Of a DNA stretch of 64,000 bases, positions 37,452 through 47,553 are shown piece by piece. Made by a program: the position numbers and the translations under genes. Positions within the stretch are counted from its first letter, which is position 1, and every line of letters begins with the position of its first letter. The notes under the pieces were generated by a model. It saw nothing but the letters and a program-made list of their open reading frames with translations, was not told where the DNA came from and did no database searches. The stretch comes from a virus, in IMG/VR virus record IMGVR_UViG_3300020183_000040, positions 21,187 through 85,186 of that record. One strand, 5' to 3'.

Positions 37452-39734
37452 ATGCCAGCAAATTATCAACTATCTCCTGGTGTAGTTGTTCTAGAGCGCG
37501 ATCTCACCACCACGACTAATGTCCAACAGGGCAACGTTGGTGCAATCGCTGGACCATTCAGATGGGGTCCTGTAAACGCAATTGATGAAGTAAGTGATGA
37601 GAACGAGCTTGTAGATCGCTACGGAAAGCCAGATGACTATAACTACGAGACTTGGTTCTCAGGTGCCCAATTCCTCTTGTATGGAGGACTTCTGAAAGTT
37701 GTCCGTACAGACGCCGCATCACTAAAAAATGCAGTATCTGATGGTACTTCAACCCCAGTTACAGCAGTCAAAATCAGAAATATCGACGAGTACGAGCAAT
37801 CCTATGCGGATGATGCGACCCTAAACCTGTGGAATTTTGCAGTAAAATATCCTGGTACTTGGGGAAACAGCATTCGTATGTATATGACCGATGCTGGTGC
37901 TGACCAAATTCTGGAACTACCTGCGCCTGGATCTGGTAACGAGTGGAAGTTCACTTCTGGTGATGCGCTATCAACTGCTAGTGGAGCAACTGGTAAAGTT
38001 TACAACTACAGAATTCGCCTAACACTAGCATCTGGGTATGTTGGAGACTTCAAAACTGGTGCCGCAACAATTGATATCGGTGGCACCGCAACAACTGTAA
38101 CAGTTACTTCATGGAGAAAAGATACCAAGACTCTAGAGATTGAGCACGCTGGTATTACTGGCATCATTGCAGCTGGTCAAGACGTTGTTCAAGCATCCTC
38201 TGGCGCTTCAGGTGAGATTGCAACTGCTGGTGTAGCGCGTGAACTACTCACAGTAAGCACCAAAGGTTCAATTCAATTTGTTGCAACTGATGTTATTGAA
38301 GATGCTAATAATGTTGATGTTACAGTAAGTGAGGTTCGTGTCGAGTACTTTGAGCGTGAGTATCTACCCAATCAGCGTTGGGTCAACATTGCTCCTCGCC
38401 CAGGAACGACTCGTTTTGCTGATGAAAAAGGTGCTTACCGTGATGAACTTCATATCCTAGTCATGGACTATGATGGTGGAATCACTGGTACACCATACCA
38501 ACTGCTAGAGAAATTCATCGGTCTATCTAAGGGATCTGATGCTAAGAGCACTGTTGGCGAAACCAACTACTACAAAGAAGTTCTAAAACTCAATTCTAAG
38601 TATCTTTACTGGGGTGAGCATCCAGGTTCTACACAACTATTTACTGTAGGAGCTTCTGCTGCCGTTGGTAACTGGGGTCTTACACTTGCTAATCGTAATT
38701 TCAACATCATCAAAAATTCTCGTGGTAGTCTGGTAGAACCAGTAAACTCAACAGTTTATGGATCTGTAAATAACGCTACTCTTTTCTATGATTTCAAAAA
38801 TGGTGCTGACTATGCAATTAGCAATAGTGAGTATCAGTTTACTCAAGATGATCTAAACAGTGCATACGATCAATTCAGTGATCCTGATACTGAAGATGTA
38901 AACTTCATTATCAGTGGACCTGCAGGTACTAGTCAAACAGCTGGACTTGCTAAGATTGCTCACCTTGCAGCAATTGCTGAACAACGTAAGGATTGCATGG
39001 CATTCTTCTCACCAATTCGTTCATCAATTATTGGTAGAACGGATCCTGATGAAATTACTGATCAAATCACCTCATACTTTGATCAGGCAACGTCTAGTTC
39101 TTACTCTGTATTCGATAGTGGATACAAGTATATCTACGACAAGTACAATGATAAGTATCGTTACATTCCAACTAATGCTGACATTGCAGGTCTTGTCCTC
39201 AATGCAGCACTAACATCTGAGCCTTGGTTCTCACCTGCAGGTTATCAGAGAGGGAATATCCGTAACTCAATCAGACTTGCATTCTCTCCTAAGAGAGATC
39301 AACGTGACAAACTTTATTCTTCACGTATCAATCCAGTCGTAACCTTCCCTGGTCAAGGAACCGTCCTATTCGGTGACAAAACTGCTCTGGGTTATGCATC
39401 TGCATTTGATAGAATCAATGTTCGTCGCCTGTTCATTGTTATCGAAAAAGTCATCGCTGAAGCAGCAAAGACAATTCTCTTTGAGCAAAACGATGACATC
39501 ACTCGCAACTCATTTATTGGTTTGGTCGAGCCATACATGAGAGACGTTCAGGGTCGTAGAGGTGTTGTTGACTTCCTAGTCAAGTGCAACACACAAAACA
39601 ACCCACAAGATGCTGTTGATCGTGGTGAGTTTTACGCAGAAATCTTCGTAAAACCAACTCGCACCATCAATTACATCACGCTGACATTTACTGCAACGAG
39701 ATCTGGCGTTTCGTTTGCTGAAGTCGCTAATTGA
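37452..39734 (+). CDS. gp18: Tail sheath protein gp18
   Basis: SPGVVVLERDLT, FRWGP, PWFSPAG, FGDKT, DRINVRRLF and KPTRTINYITLTF motifs. Confidence 0.97.
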   Translation: MPANYQLSPGVVVLERDLTTTTNVQQGNVGAIAGPFRWGPVNAIDEVSDENELVDRYGKPDDYNYETWFSGAQFLLYGGLLKVVRTDAASLKNAVSDGTSTPVTAVKIRNIDEYEQSYADDATLNLWNFAVKYPGTWGNSIRMYMTDAGADQILELPAPGSGNEWKFTSGDALSTASGATGKVYNYRIRLTLASGYVGDFKTGAATIDIGGTATTVTVTSWRKDTKTLEIEHAGITGIIAAGQDVVQASSGASGEIATAGVARELLTVSTKGSIQFVATDVIEDANNVDVTVSEVRVEYFEREYLPNQRWVNIAPRPGTTRFADEKGAYRDELHILVMDYDGGITGTPYQLLEKFIGLSKGSDAKSTVGETNYYKEVLKLNSKYLYWGEHPGSTQLFTVGASAAVGNWGLTLANRNFNIIKNSRGSLVEPVNSTVYGSVNNATLFYDFKNGADYAISNSEYQFTQDDLNSAYDQFSDPDTEDVNFIISGPAGTSQTAGLAKIAHLAAIAEQRKDCMAFFSPIRSSIIGRTDPDEITDQITSYFDQATSSSYSVFDSGYKYIYDKYNDKYRYIPTNADIAGLVLNAALTSEPWFSPAGYQRGNIRNSIRLAFSPKRDQRDKLYSSRINPVVTFPGQGTVLFGDKTALGYASAFDRINVRRLFIVIEKVIAEAAKTILFEQNDDITRNSFIGLVEPYMRDVQGRRGVVDFLVKCNTQNNPQDAVDRGEFYAEIFVKPTRTINYITLTFTATRSGVSFAEVAN

Positions 39735-39773
39735 TATCGTCCGCAATAAATATAAAAAAAGGAGCAATCAACA

Positions 39774-40430
39774 ATGGCATCTAGTTCTATCGACGCTTTC
39801 AAAGCTAGTGTAAAGAGCGACTTCGCAAGACCCAACTTGTTTGTAGTCGATCTTGCTTTCCCTGGTGCATTGAAGCTAGGAGGAGACGGTGGAGCAACCG
39901 CTTCTTCTCAACTTACCGCACTTGGTCAATTCACCGTTCGTGCAGCAAACCTCCCATCATCTCAGATGGGAGTTATCGAAGTGCCCTACAGAGGTCGTGT
40001 TCTAAAAATTGCGGGTGACCGTACATTTGAACCATGGACTGTTACTATTATGAACGATACCAACTTCTCACTGCGTAGTGCAATGGAAGCGTGGTTCTCA
40101 GCAGTCCAAGCATATAATGAAAACTATACCTCACTTGGTACTCTCGGTGATGCATCTGACCAGACTGGTTATTTTGCAGACATGTCTGTAACACAACTAT
40201 CGCGTGATGCAACAGAAGGTGGATCTTCGTCTGCCTCAGGTACTTCCGATAAGACGCCTAAGGCGCTTAGGAAGTATAACTTCGTCAACGTATTCCCAAG
40301 CAACATTTCTGCTATCGATCTTGATTTCGGTAGCAATGACGCAATCGAAGAATTCACTGTTGAACTACAAGTTCAATACTGGACTCCTGCCGTAACTGGC
40401 AAAGATTCTGGCAACAAAACTGGTTCATAA
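39774..40430 (+). CDS. gp19: Tail tube protein gp19
   Basis: ARPNLF, VPYRGRVLKIAGDRTFEPWTVT and IEEFTVE motifs. Confidence 0.96.
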   Translation: MASSSIDAFKASVKSDFARPNLFVVDLAFPGALKLGGDGGATASSQLTALGQFTVRAANLPSSQMGVIEVPYRGRVLKIAGDRTFEPWTVTIMNDTNFSLRSAMEAWFSAVQAYNENYTSLGTLGDASDQTGYFADMSVTQLSRDATEGGSSSASGTSDKTPKALRKYNFVNVFPSNISAIDLDFGSNDAIEEFTVELQVQYWTPAVTGKDSGNKTGS

Positions 40431-40444
40431 GGTTTTTGATGTCG

Positions 40445-40452
40445 TATAAATA
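40445..40452 (+). promoter_or_regulatory. T4-type late promoter TATAAATA
   Basis: Exact consensus before the portal gene. Confidence 0.8.
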
Positions 40453-40475
40453 AAATTGGGATTTGAATTGATATA

Positions 40476-42128
40476 ATGTCTCAACTCTTTGGATTTTCTA
40501 TCGAAAGAGCAAAGAAGGTCCCCAAAGGACCTTCTTTTGTTCAGAAAGATAACCTCGATGGCACAATGCCAGTCGTAGGTGGTGGTTATTATGGTTATGC
40601 AGTTGACTTTGATGCAACTGTCACTAATGATTGGGAACTAATTTCTCGTTATAGAGAAATGATTCTTCAACCAGAATGTGATAGTGCAGTTGATGATATT
40701 GTAAATGAAACAATTTGTGGTAATTTTGATGATGTTCCTATTGAAATTGAACTGAGTAATCTCAAAGTATCAGATAAAATCAAGAAATTGATTAGAGAAG
40801 AATTTGATGAGATTATTCGTTTACTAGATTTTGAAAATAGATCATACGAAATTTTTCGTAGATGGTATGTTGATGGACGACTTTTCTTCCATAAGGTTAT
40901 TGATCCAAAAAATCCTTCTGGTGGTATTATCGAACTTAGATATGTCGATCCAAGAAAAATTAGAAAAGTAAAAGAAGTAGAAAACAAACCAGTCGAAAGA
41001 GCTGCTGGTATAGACGAAGCTCTTTCTCAAAAATCGGTTGAGTATTACATCTACCATCCGAAAGGTTTGAAAGCAATGAGTAATATCGGGCAAGGTGCTG
41101 GGCAACAGCAAGGATTGAGAATTGCTTCCGATTCTATTTGCTACGTGCATTCTGGTATCATGGATTTGAATAAAAACATGGTGCTTTCACATTTACATAA
41201 AGCAATCAAGTCTGTAAATCAACTCCGCATGATTGAAGACTCTCTTGTAATTTACCGTTTGTCTCGTGCTCCAGAAAGAAGAATTTTCTACATTGATGTG
41301 GGTAATCTACCTAAGCAAAAAGCAGAACAATATCTGCGTGAAGTTATGGGTAGATATCGTAATAAGCTGGTTTATGATGCACAAACTGGCGAAATCAGAG
41401 ATGATAAAAAGTTCATGTCGATGCTTGAAGACTTTTGGCTTCCTCGTCGTGAGGGTGGTAGAGGAACGGAAATTACTACTCTCCCTGGCGGGCAAAATCT
41501 GGGTGAATTGGAAGATGTCAAATACTTCCAAAAGAAACTCTATAAAGCATTGAATGTTCCTGAGTCAAGGATGGAAACAGAACAAACATTCAACATTGGT
41601 CGTGCTGCTGAAATCACTCGTGATGAAGTAAAATTTCAAAAATTTGTTGCAAGACTTCGTAAAAGATTCTCGGAACTTTTTACTGATATCCTGAAGACTC
41701 AACTAGTTTTGAAAGGTATTATCTCCATTGAAGAATGGGATCAAATAAAAGAGCATATTCAATATGATTATGTTGCTGACAATTACTTTACAGAACTCAA
41801 GGAAATTGAAATTACTAATGAAAGAATGAATATGGTAAACACCATGGATCCTTTTGTTGGTAAGTATTTTTCAATTGAGTATATTCGTCGTCAAGTTCTA
41901 AAACAAACTGATAGACAGATACTGGAAATTGATGAACAAATTGAATCTGAAATGCAAGATGGACTTATCCAAGATCCAAATGCAATGGATCCAACAATGA
42001 TGGGTGGGGCACCACCTGCTGATCCAGGTGCAGCAGTAGATCCATCAAACCCTGCTGGCGGAGATGAACAATCTTTATTCTCCAAAGCAGATATTGATGC
42101 AGAAGATAAGAAAATTTCTAAATTCTAA
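40476..42128 (+). CDS. gp20: Portal vertex protein gp20
   Basis: RWYVDGR, IYRLSRAPERRIFYIDVGNLPK and EDFWLPRREGGRGTEITTLPGG motifs. Confidence 0.98.
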   Translation: MSQLFGFSIERAKKVPKGPSFVQKDNLDGTMPVVGGGYYGYAVDFDATVTNDWELISRYREMILQPECDSAVDDIVNETICGNFDDVPIEIELSNLKVSDKIKKLIREEFDEIIRLLDFENRSYEIFRRWYVDGRLFFHKVIDPKNPSGGIIELRYVDPRKIRKVKEVENKPVERAAGIDEALSQKSVEYYIYHPKGLKAMSNIGQGAGQQQGLRIASDSICYVHSGIMDLNKNMVLSHLHKAIKSVNQLRMIEDSLVIYRLSRAPERRIFYIDVGNLPKQKAEQYLREVMGRYRNKLVYDAQTGEIRDDKKFMSMLEDFWLPRREGGRGTEITTLPGGQNLGELEDVKYFQKKLYKALNVPESRMETEQTFNIGRAAEITRDEVKFQKFVARLRKRFSELFTDILKTQLVLKGIISIEEWDQIKEHIQYDYVADNYFTELKEIEITNERMNMVNTMDPFVGKYFSIEYIRRQVLKQTDRQILEIDEQIESEMQDGLIQDPNAMDPTMMGGAPPADPGAAVDPSNPAGGDEQSLFSKADIDAEDKKISKF

Positions 42129-42153
42129 ATAGTATATACGGAGTGACGTAATT

Positions 42154-42465
42154 ATGTCTAAAAGTGCTAGTGAAATAGTTGATCAAATTTTTTCTGGAGA
42201 TAAAGTTTCTGCATTAGATTCAATTGATAGTGCGTTACAATCTCGGGCATATGACTTGATTCAGCAAACAAAACATGAATTTGCTAAGCAATGGGGTTTT
42301 GAACTTGATCAAACTGGTCAAGCAGTTGCTGATGAACTTGAAGATACTTTGCCTGATGGTACGGATGCTCCTCAAGATTATGAATTTGATGGTCGAATGC
42401 CCCATGAAGCCCCAGATGATGAAGTAACACCAGAAGAGGAAAACGAAAATGAAACTGATCTCTGA
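42154..42465 (+). CDS. Acidic prohead core-like protein (gp67/68 position)
   Basis: Lies between portal and protease; very acidic; GGAG RBS. Confidence 0.65.
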   Translation: MSKSASEIVDQIFSGDKVSALDSIDSALQSRAYDLIQQTKHEFAKQWGFELDQTGQAVADELEDTLPDGTDAPQDYEFDGRMPHEAPDDEVTPEEENENETDL

Positions 42466-43093
42466 GCAAATTGTAGACGTAAAATTTATTGCCGAAGAAG
42501 TAGAAGGTAAAAAAAATTACTTCATCGAAGGTATTTTTCTACAAGGAGAAATCAAGAATCGTAATGGAAGACTGTATCCAATGAGTGTTTTGGATAGAGA
42601 AGTTGCTAAATATGATGAAAACTTTATCCAGAGTGGTCGCGCCCTTGGCGAACTTGGTCACCCTGATGGTCCATCTTTGAACCTAGATAGAGTTTCACAC
42701 AAAATTATGCACCTCAAAAAAGAGGGAACCAACTATGTTGGTAGAGCAAAAATTTTGGCAACTCCCATGGGACAAATTGCAAAGAATCTTCTAGACGAAG
42801 GTATCAAACTTGGAGTTTCATCCCGTGGAATGGGCTCTCTTATCAAAAAAGATGGCTATCAAGTAGTAGCAGATGATTTCATGCTTGCTACAGCTGCAGA
42901 TATTGTAGCAGATCCTTCAGCTCCTGACGCATTTGTGAATGGAATTATGGAGGGTAAGGAATGGGTGTGGTCTAATGGCATCCTAAAGGAGTCAGAAGTA
43001 GCTTCAATCAAACATTTTATTGATGAATCAACTCTAATCAACCTACAGGAGCGCAAAATTTCCGCATTCAAATCCTTTCTAAAAAGTTTATAA
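42449..43093 (+). CDS. gp21: Prohead core scaffold protease gp21
   Basis: NRNGRLYP, GELGHP, GVSSRGMGSL and DIVADPSAPDAFV motifs. Confidence 0.97.
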   Translation: MKLISEQIVDVKFIAEEVEGKKNYFIEGIFLQGEIKNRNGRLYPMSVLDREVAKYDENFIQSGRALGELGHPDGPSLNLDRVSHKIMHLKKEGTNYVGRAKILATPMGQIAKNLLDEGIKLGVSSRGMGSLIKKDGYQVVADDFMLATAADIVADPSAPDAFVNGIMEGKEWVWSNGILKESEVASIKHFIDESTLINLQERKISAFKSFLKSL

Positions 43094-43095
43094 CG

Positions 43096-43103
43096 TATAA
43101 ATA
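43096..43103 (+). promoter_or_regulatory. T4-type late promoter TATAAATA
   Basis: Exact consensus before gp22. Confidence 0.8.
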
Positions 43104-43146
43104 ATTGATAGAAAAGCAAATGCCGACTACTAAAGGAGATACAGAA

Positions 43147-44238
43147 ATGTCTACAACCCTTGACAAAGAGTTTGAGGCGCACATGTCCGAAGAAGAAATT
43201 TCTGAGGAAGCAGCTACTGGTTATGCAGCTGTAACAAAGGGCGCTAAATCTGGTGAAAAAATTGATCGCAGTGGTGCTAAGTACACTGAGATTGGTGGAA
43301 CTCGTAATGATTCCGAAGAGGGTGCCAAGGGCACTAAAAATCTAGGTGCAGCAGCAGCAGGCGCTGTTGGTCATGAGGGAGATAAAACTCTCAAGAATAA
43401 GCCTTCCGATGCATCTAGTGCATTGCCAGGAGCACTATCTTCACAAATCTTTGACGAGGTAGAGACCGATGAAGAAGAAACAATCAGCGAAGAAGATGCA
43501 CTTGCATCCCAAGAATATGACTTTGCTGACGATGTTGACGCTCTTGTGGGGGGTGAAGACCTCTCCGAAGAATTCAAAGATCGTGCAAAAACCATCTTTG
43601 AAGCCGCAGTTACTTCTAGAGTAAAAGTAGAAGTTGCTGCAATCCAAGAAGCTTTTGAGAGCGCACTTGAAGAACAAGTTGCAGCACTCAAAGAAGAATT
43701 GACTACTCAAGTAGATGATTACCTTTCTTATGTTGCTGGTCAATGGATGAATGAAAATACAATCGCCATTGAGCACGGTATCAAGACTGAGATCGCTGAA
43801 TCATTCATGAGTGGTCTAAAAGAACTTTTCGTAGAACACAATTTCAGTGTACCCGAAGAGAAATTCAACATGCTTGACGGCATGGCTGAAGAGCTTGATG
43901 ATATGGAGCAAAAACTCAACGAGCAAATCGACACCAATGTTCAATTGAACAAACAACTTGGACTTTTTATGAAAATGGAGATTGTGAGTGAAGTCGCTGC
44001 AGGTCTCGCTGAGACTCAGAAGGAGAAGCTTGCTTCTCTGGCAGAGGGTGTTGAGTTTGAAAGTGAAGCAGATTTTCGCAAGAAAGTCGAAACTATCAAG
44101 GAATCCTACTTTACTCGCCGTGATGTAGTTGCAACTACAGACACAACCGAAGATGTAGAACCATTGGTAGAAGAGACACAGCAAAAGAATACGCCAATGA
44201 GCAGATATGTTGATGCTCTTGCACGCTGGTCTAACTAA
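43147..44238 (+). CDS. gp22: Prohead core scaffolding protein gp22
   Basis: Start revised to ATG 43147 (AAGGAG RBS); LSEEFKDRAKTIFEAAV, VDDYLSYV..WM.EN and IKESYF motifs. Confidence 0.93.
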   Translation: MSTTLDKEFEAHMSEEEISEEAATGYAAVTKGAKSGEKIDRSGAKYTEIGGTRNDSEEGAKGTKNLGAAAAGAVGHEGDKTLKNKPSDASSALPGALSSQIFDEVETDEEETISEEDALASQEYDFADDVDALVGGEDLSEEFKDRAKTIFEAAVTSRVKVEVAAIQEAFESALEEQVAALKEELTTQVDDYLSYVAGQWMNENTIAIEHGIKTEIAESFMSGLKELFVEHNFSVPEEKFNMLDGMAEELDDMEQKLNEQIDTNVQLNKQLGLFMKMEIVSEVAAGLAETQKEKLASLAEGVEFESEADFRKKVETIKESYFTRRDVVATTDTTEDVEPLVEETQQKNTPMSRYVDALARWSN

Positions 44239-44288
44239 TTTGTAATTATTTGTAAATAACCTTTTTTCCAAACGGAGTAAACCTAAAA

Positions 44289-45692
44289 ATGGCTGACCTA
44301 AGACAACTTCAGGAAAAGTGGGCACCCGTTCTCGACCATGAGTCTCTTGATCCAATCAAAGATCCTCAAAGACGTGCGGTTGTCGCTCAAATCCTAGAAA
44401 ACCAAGAAAGAGCTCTTTCTGAAGAAGCTCAAATTCTAACCGAAACAGTTCAAACTGTTGGTACAGGTGGTTTCGGTGGCGGTGCCACTGCAACTGGTCC
44501 TGTAGCTGGTTTCGATCCTGTACTGATCTCATTGATCCGTCGTTCGATGCCACAATTGATCGCCTATGATATTGCAGGCGTTCAACCAATGACTGGTCCT
44601 ACTGGACTCATCTTCGCAATGCGTACTGCATATGGCAGTGAGCGTGATGCTACCAGTGGTGATTTCCGTGAGGCATTCTTCAACGAGCCAAACGCTGGAT
44701 TCTCTGGCGGTCGTGGCACTGGACTTGCCAACTACGACCCCACCGCTTCAGGTTCCGCAGTCAACGATGCTGAAGGCACCAACCCAGGTCTCCTAAATGA
44801 CAGCCCTGCTGGCACTTATGAGTTGACTGGAGATGCTACTGGCATGTCAACATCTGACGCTGAAGGTCAGAGTGATGCTGCTGCAGGTACAGCGTTCCGC
44901 GAAATGGGCTTCTCAATCGAGAAGGTAACCGTTACCGCTAAGTCACGCGCCCTCAAGGCAGAATACTCGCTAGAACTAGCACAAGACCTCAAGGCTGTTC
45001 ATGGTCTAGATGCAGAGCAAGAACTCAGCAACATTCTTTCCACTGAGATCCTTGCCGAAATCAACCGTGAAGTTGTTCGTACCGTCTACACCAATGCTGT
45101 TGCTGGTGCTCAAAACAACACTGCTACTGCTGGTATCTTTGACCTAGACGTTGACTCCAACGGTCGTTGGTCAGTTGAGAAGTTCAAGGGACTTCTATTC
45201 CAGATTGAGCGTGATGCTAACGCTATCGGTCATCAGACTCGTCGTGGGAAGGGCAACATCATGATCTGCTCTGCAGACGTTGCTTCAGCACTTGCAATGG
45301 CAGGTGTACTTGACTATTCCAGCGGCATCTCTGGTGCAGTTGGTGGTCTAGGCACTGTAGATGATACCTCCAGCACCCTGCTAGGTACTCTAAACGGTCG
45401 TATCAAAGTCTATGTTGACCCATATTCTGCAAACGTAAGTGACAAGCACTTCTACGTTGTTGGATACAAGGGATCATCTGCTTATGATGCAGGTCTCTTC
45501 TATTGCCCATATGTTCCCCTCCAAATGGTTCGTGCAATCAACCCTAACACCTTCCAGCCCAAGATTGGCTTCAAGACTCGTTACGGCATGGTTTCCAACC
45601 CATTCGCTCAGGGTCTCACCCAAGGCAGTGGCGCTCTTACCGCCAACAGCAACAAGTACTACAGAAGAGTACAAGTCAAGAACCTCATGTGA
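44289..45692 (+). CDS. gp23: Major capsid protein gp23
   Basis: EKWAPVL, GVQPMTGPTGLIFAMR, SRALKAEYSLELAQDLKAVHG and FQPKIGFKTRYG motifs. Confidence 0.99.
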   Translation: MADLRQLQEKWAPVLDHESLDPIKDPQRRAVVAQILENQERALSEEAQILTETVQTVGTGGFGGGATATGPVAGFDPVLISLIRRSMPQLIAYDIAGVQPMTGPTGLIFAMRTAYGSERDATSGDFREAFFNEPNAGFSGGRGTGLANYDPTASGSAVNDAEGTNPGLLNDSPAGTYELTGDATGMSTSDAEGQSDAAAGTAFREMGFSIEKVTVTAKSRALKAEYSLELAQDLKAVHGLDAEQELSNILSTEILAEINREVVRTVYTNAVAGAQNNTATAGIFDLDVDSNGRWSVEKFKGLLFQIERDANAIGHQTRRGKGNIMICSADVASALAMAGVLDYSSGISGAVGGLGTVDDTSSTLLGTLNGRIKVYVDPYSANVSDKHFYVVGYKGSSAYDAGLFYCPYVPLQMVRAINPNTFQPKIGFKTRYGMVSNPFAQGLTQGSGALTANSNKYYRRVQVKNLM

Positions 45693-45714
45693 GTCACTTT
45701 GGTTCTGTTCATGG

Positions 45715-45735
45715 GGGTCCTTCGGGACCCTTTTT
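45715..45735 (+). terminator. Rho-independent terminator with a cUUCGg tetraloop
   Basis: GGGTCC-TTCG-GGACCC-TTTTT directly after gp23. Confidence 0.92.
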
Positions 45736-45772
45736 ATTTGTCCGATAAATAGTCTATACCCGAGAAATCGAT

Positions 45773-46354
45773 ATGTCTAGCTGGTACGAAAGAGAAATCA
45801 AAAATAAAAATTATTTGTCGCCAATTGGTTTCCGTTTGATCATTACCAAGGCACCAAAAACTTCTTTCTTGTGTCAAGAAGTGCAGATTCCTTCCGTTAG
45901 TTTGGGACGAGTCGATGTTCCATACAGAGGGTTTACACCGTTTCCAGTTGAAGGTAATGTGAAATACGGTGAATTTACTATGGAGTTTTTGATTGATGAA
46001 GATCTTACAAATTATCTAGAAATCCATGATTGGATACGTGGTCTAGGTACTCCATCAGGTGTTGAGGATAGAGTGAAGTACTTAGATCCTAAAAGATCCG
46101 TTACTGATTTAGCACCATCTATGAAAGCTGTAGAGCAAACATCGGATGCAACTCTAATCATACAGAATAATAATTTTGCTACAAATTTTGAAATTGTCTT
46201 TAGGGATATGTTTCCAACTGATTTGGCACCGCTGCCATTCAGTGTTGTCGGTAGTGATAATGACTATCTAACCTCACGAGTAACCTTTGCATACACTTAT
46301 TTTGATATCGTAAGATCTTATGACGGGCAGGGAATACCTCAACGCGGAGCTTGA
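45773..46354 (+). CDS. gp3: Tail completion/tube terminator gp3
   Basis: NYLSPIGFR, FLIDEDLTNYLEIHDWI and SDATLII motifs; GATAAATA late-like promoter at 45745. Confidence 0.88.
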   Translation: MSSWYEREIKNKNYLSPIGFRLIITKAPKTSFLCQEVQIPSVSLGRVDVPYRGFTPFPVEGNVKYGEFTMEFLIDEDLTNYLEIHDWIRGLGTPSGVEDRVKYLDPKRSVTDLAPSMKAVEQTSDATLIIQNNNFATNFEIVFRDMFPTDLAPLPFSVVGSDNDYLTSRVTFAYTYFDIVRSYDGQGIPQRGA

Positions 46355-46379
46355 TTTTTCCTCAAATCCATGCTAGGAT
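46351..46379 (+). promoter_or_regulatory. sigma70-type early/middle promoter
   Basis: TTGATT-17nt-TAGGAT with extended TG, upstream of the uvsY operon. Confidence 0.55.
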
Positions 46380-46401
46380 ACACAAAATTACTAAAACCAA
46401 G

Positions 46402-46581
46402 ATGAACACCTGGGCAGAAGACTACTTAGAAAAAAAACCTGGTCTATCAGCATTTCAAATTCAGTTGTTGAAAGAAGGTCCAAAAGGTCTCAGTCAAGCA
46501 TGGGCGCTTGGAGCAATGAAGAGAGACTGGGATAAACATTTCAAAACTCGGATTGTGGAGAATACCCTGGATGAATCTTGA
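46402..46581 (+). CDS. Hypothetical protein
   Basis: Start revised to ATG 46402, downstream of the promoter; MNTWAEDYLEKKPGLSAFQIQLLKEGPK. Confidence 0.7.
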   Translation: MNTWAEDYLEKKPGLSAFQIQLLKEGPKGLSQAWALGAMKRDWDKHFKTRIVENTLDES

Positions 46582-46999
46582 AAAAATACAAGAGATTTGG
46601 AAAAAAGATAGTGTGATGGACAATGATCTTCTGTGTGAGGAATCTACTAAGATTCCTCAACTTCATCAGAAGTATATGGAATTATTCAATACTTTCTTCC
46701 TAATGAAGAAAGACCTTGAGGTAAAACTCAAAGTAATCAAGAGAGATAAGTGGTTATATTATAAGGGCAGAGCGCCTGCTGAAGTGTATAAAAATATGCC
46801 ATTCGATTTGAAACTCACCACTAGAGAAGAAATTGATATGTTCATCGAAGCTGATGAAGACTATCAAAGAGCACTTCTAAAACTAGACTACATAGAACAG
46901 ACAATAACATTTTTAGATTCGGTTCTGAGACAAATAAACAACAGAACCTATCAAATAAAGAATGCTATTGAGTGGCAAAAGTTTCAGAATGGATTATGA
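46571..46999 (+). CDS. uvsY: Recombination mediator UvsY
   Basis: KIPQLHQKY, KWLYYKG and RTYQIKNAIEWQKF motifs; start revised to ATG 46571. Confidence 0.92.
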   Translation: MNLEKIQEIWKKDSVMDNDLLCEESTKIPQLHQKYMELFNTFFLMKKDLEVKLKVIKRDKWLYYKGRAPAEVYKNMPFDLKLTTREEIDMFIEADEDYQRALLKLDYIEQTITFLDSVLRQINNRTYQIKNAIEWQKFQNGL

Positions 47000-47553
47000 G
47001 ATACGGTGAACCATACGTCATCATGGAAGTTCCCCCTATTACTTGGGGGAACGTTACAAAACATCTAGATAACATTATTACTGAACAAGCAAAATTGTTT
47101 AGTAAAGATGGTTGGGAAGATAAAAGCAGTGTTAGAGATTCATTGGTTGGATGGGTCTCAGAGCCTAGTATCTTAGATTTATTCTTTGATATGGGGGAAG
47201 AAGCAAATAAAGCATGTGGATGGAATTTGAATATTCAATATTTGGAACCATTGCAATACACTGTGTACCATAAAGATGGATTTTATGATTGGCATGTGGA
47301 TCAACATTCAAAAGTTGTTGATCGTGAGGTTAGAAAAATTTCTTTTACATGCTGGGTGAACGATGAATATGAGGGAGGTGAATTTGATTTAGAAGTGGGT
47401 AATCCAAATGATGAGGTTCGCTACAAAACTTTTGTGCGTGAACCAGGAAAAGTTATTTTCTTTATGTCAGATTGGTTTCATCGTGTACGTCCAATTCGTT
47501 CTGGTGTACGTAAATCTCTAGTTGGTTGGTTTTCGGGTCCTCAATATGTCTAA
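46996..47553 (+). CDS. 2OG-Fe(II) oxygenase (prolyl-hydroxylase-like)
   Basis: YDWHVD (HxD), RKIS, YEGGEF and HRVRP..GVRKSLVGW motifs. Confidence 0.9.
   Translation: MRYGEPYVIMEVPPITWGNVTKHLDNIITEQAKLFSKDGWEDKSSVRDSLVGWVSEPSILDLFFDMGEEANKACGWNLNIQYLEPLQYTVYHKDGFYDWHVDQHSKVVDREVRKISFTCWVNDEYEGGEFDLEVGNPNDEVRYKTFVREPGKVIFFMSDWFHRVRPIRSGVRKSLVGWFSGPQYV

Noticed and set aside
35731-45692. Introns, inteins or homing endonucleases in gp17, gp20 or gp23
   Set aside because: All are uninterrupted and of normal length, with no LAGLIDADG, HNH or intein motifs seen.
45439-45780. 113-aa alternative-frame ORF at the end of gp23 (possible frameshift extension)
   Set aside because: It runs through a strong UUCG terminator and no slippery site was seen.
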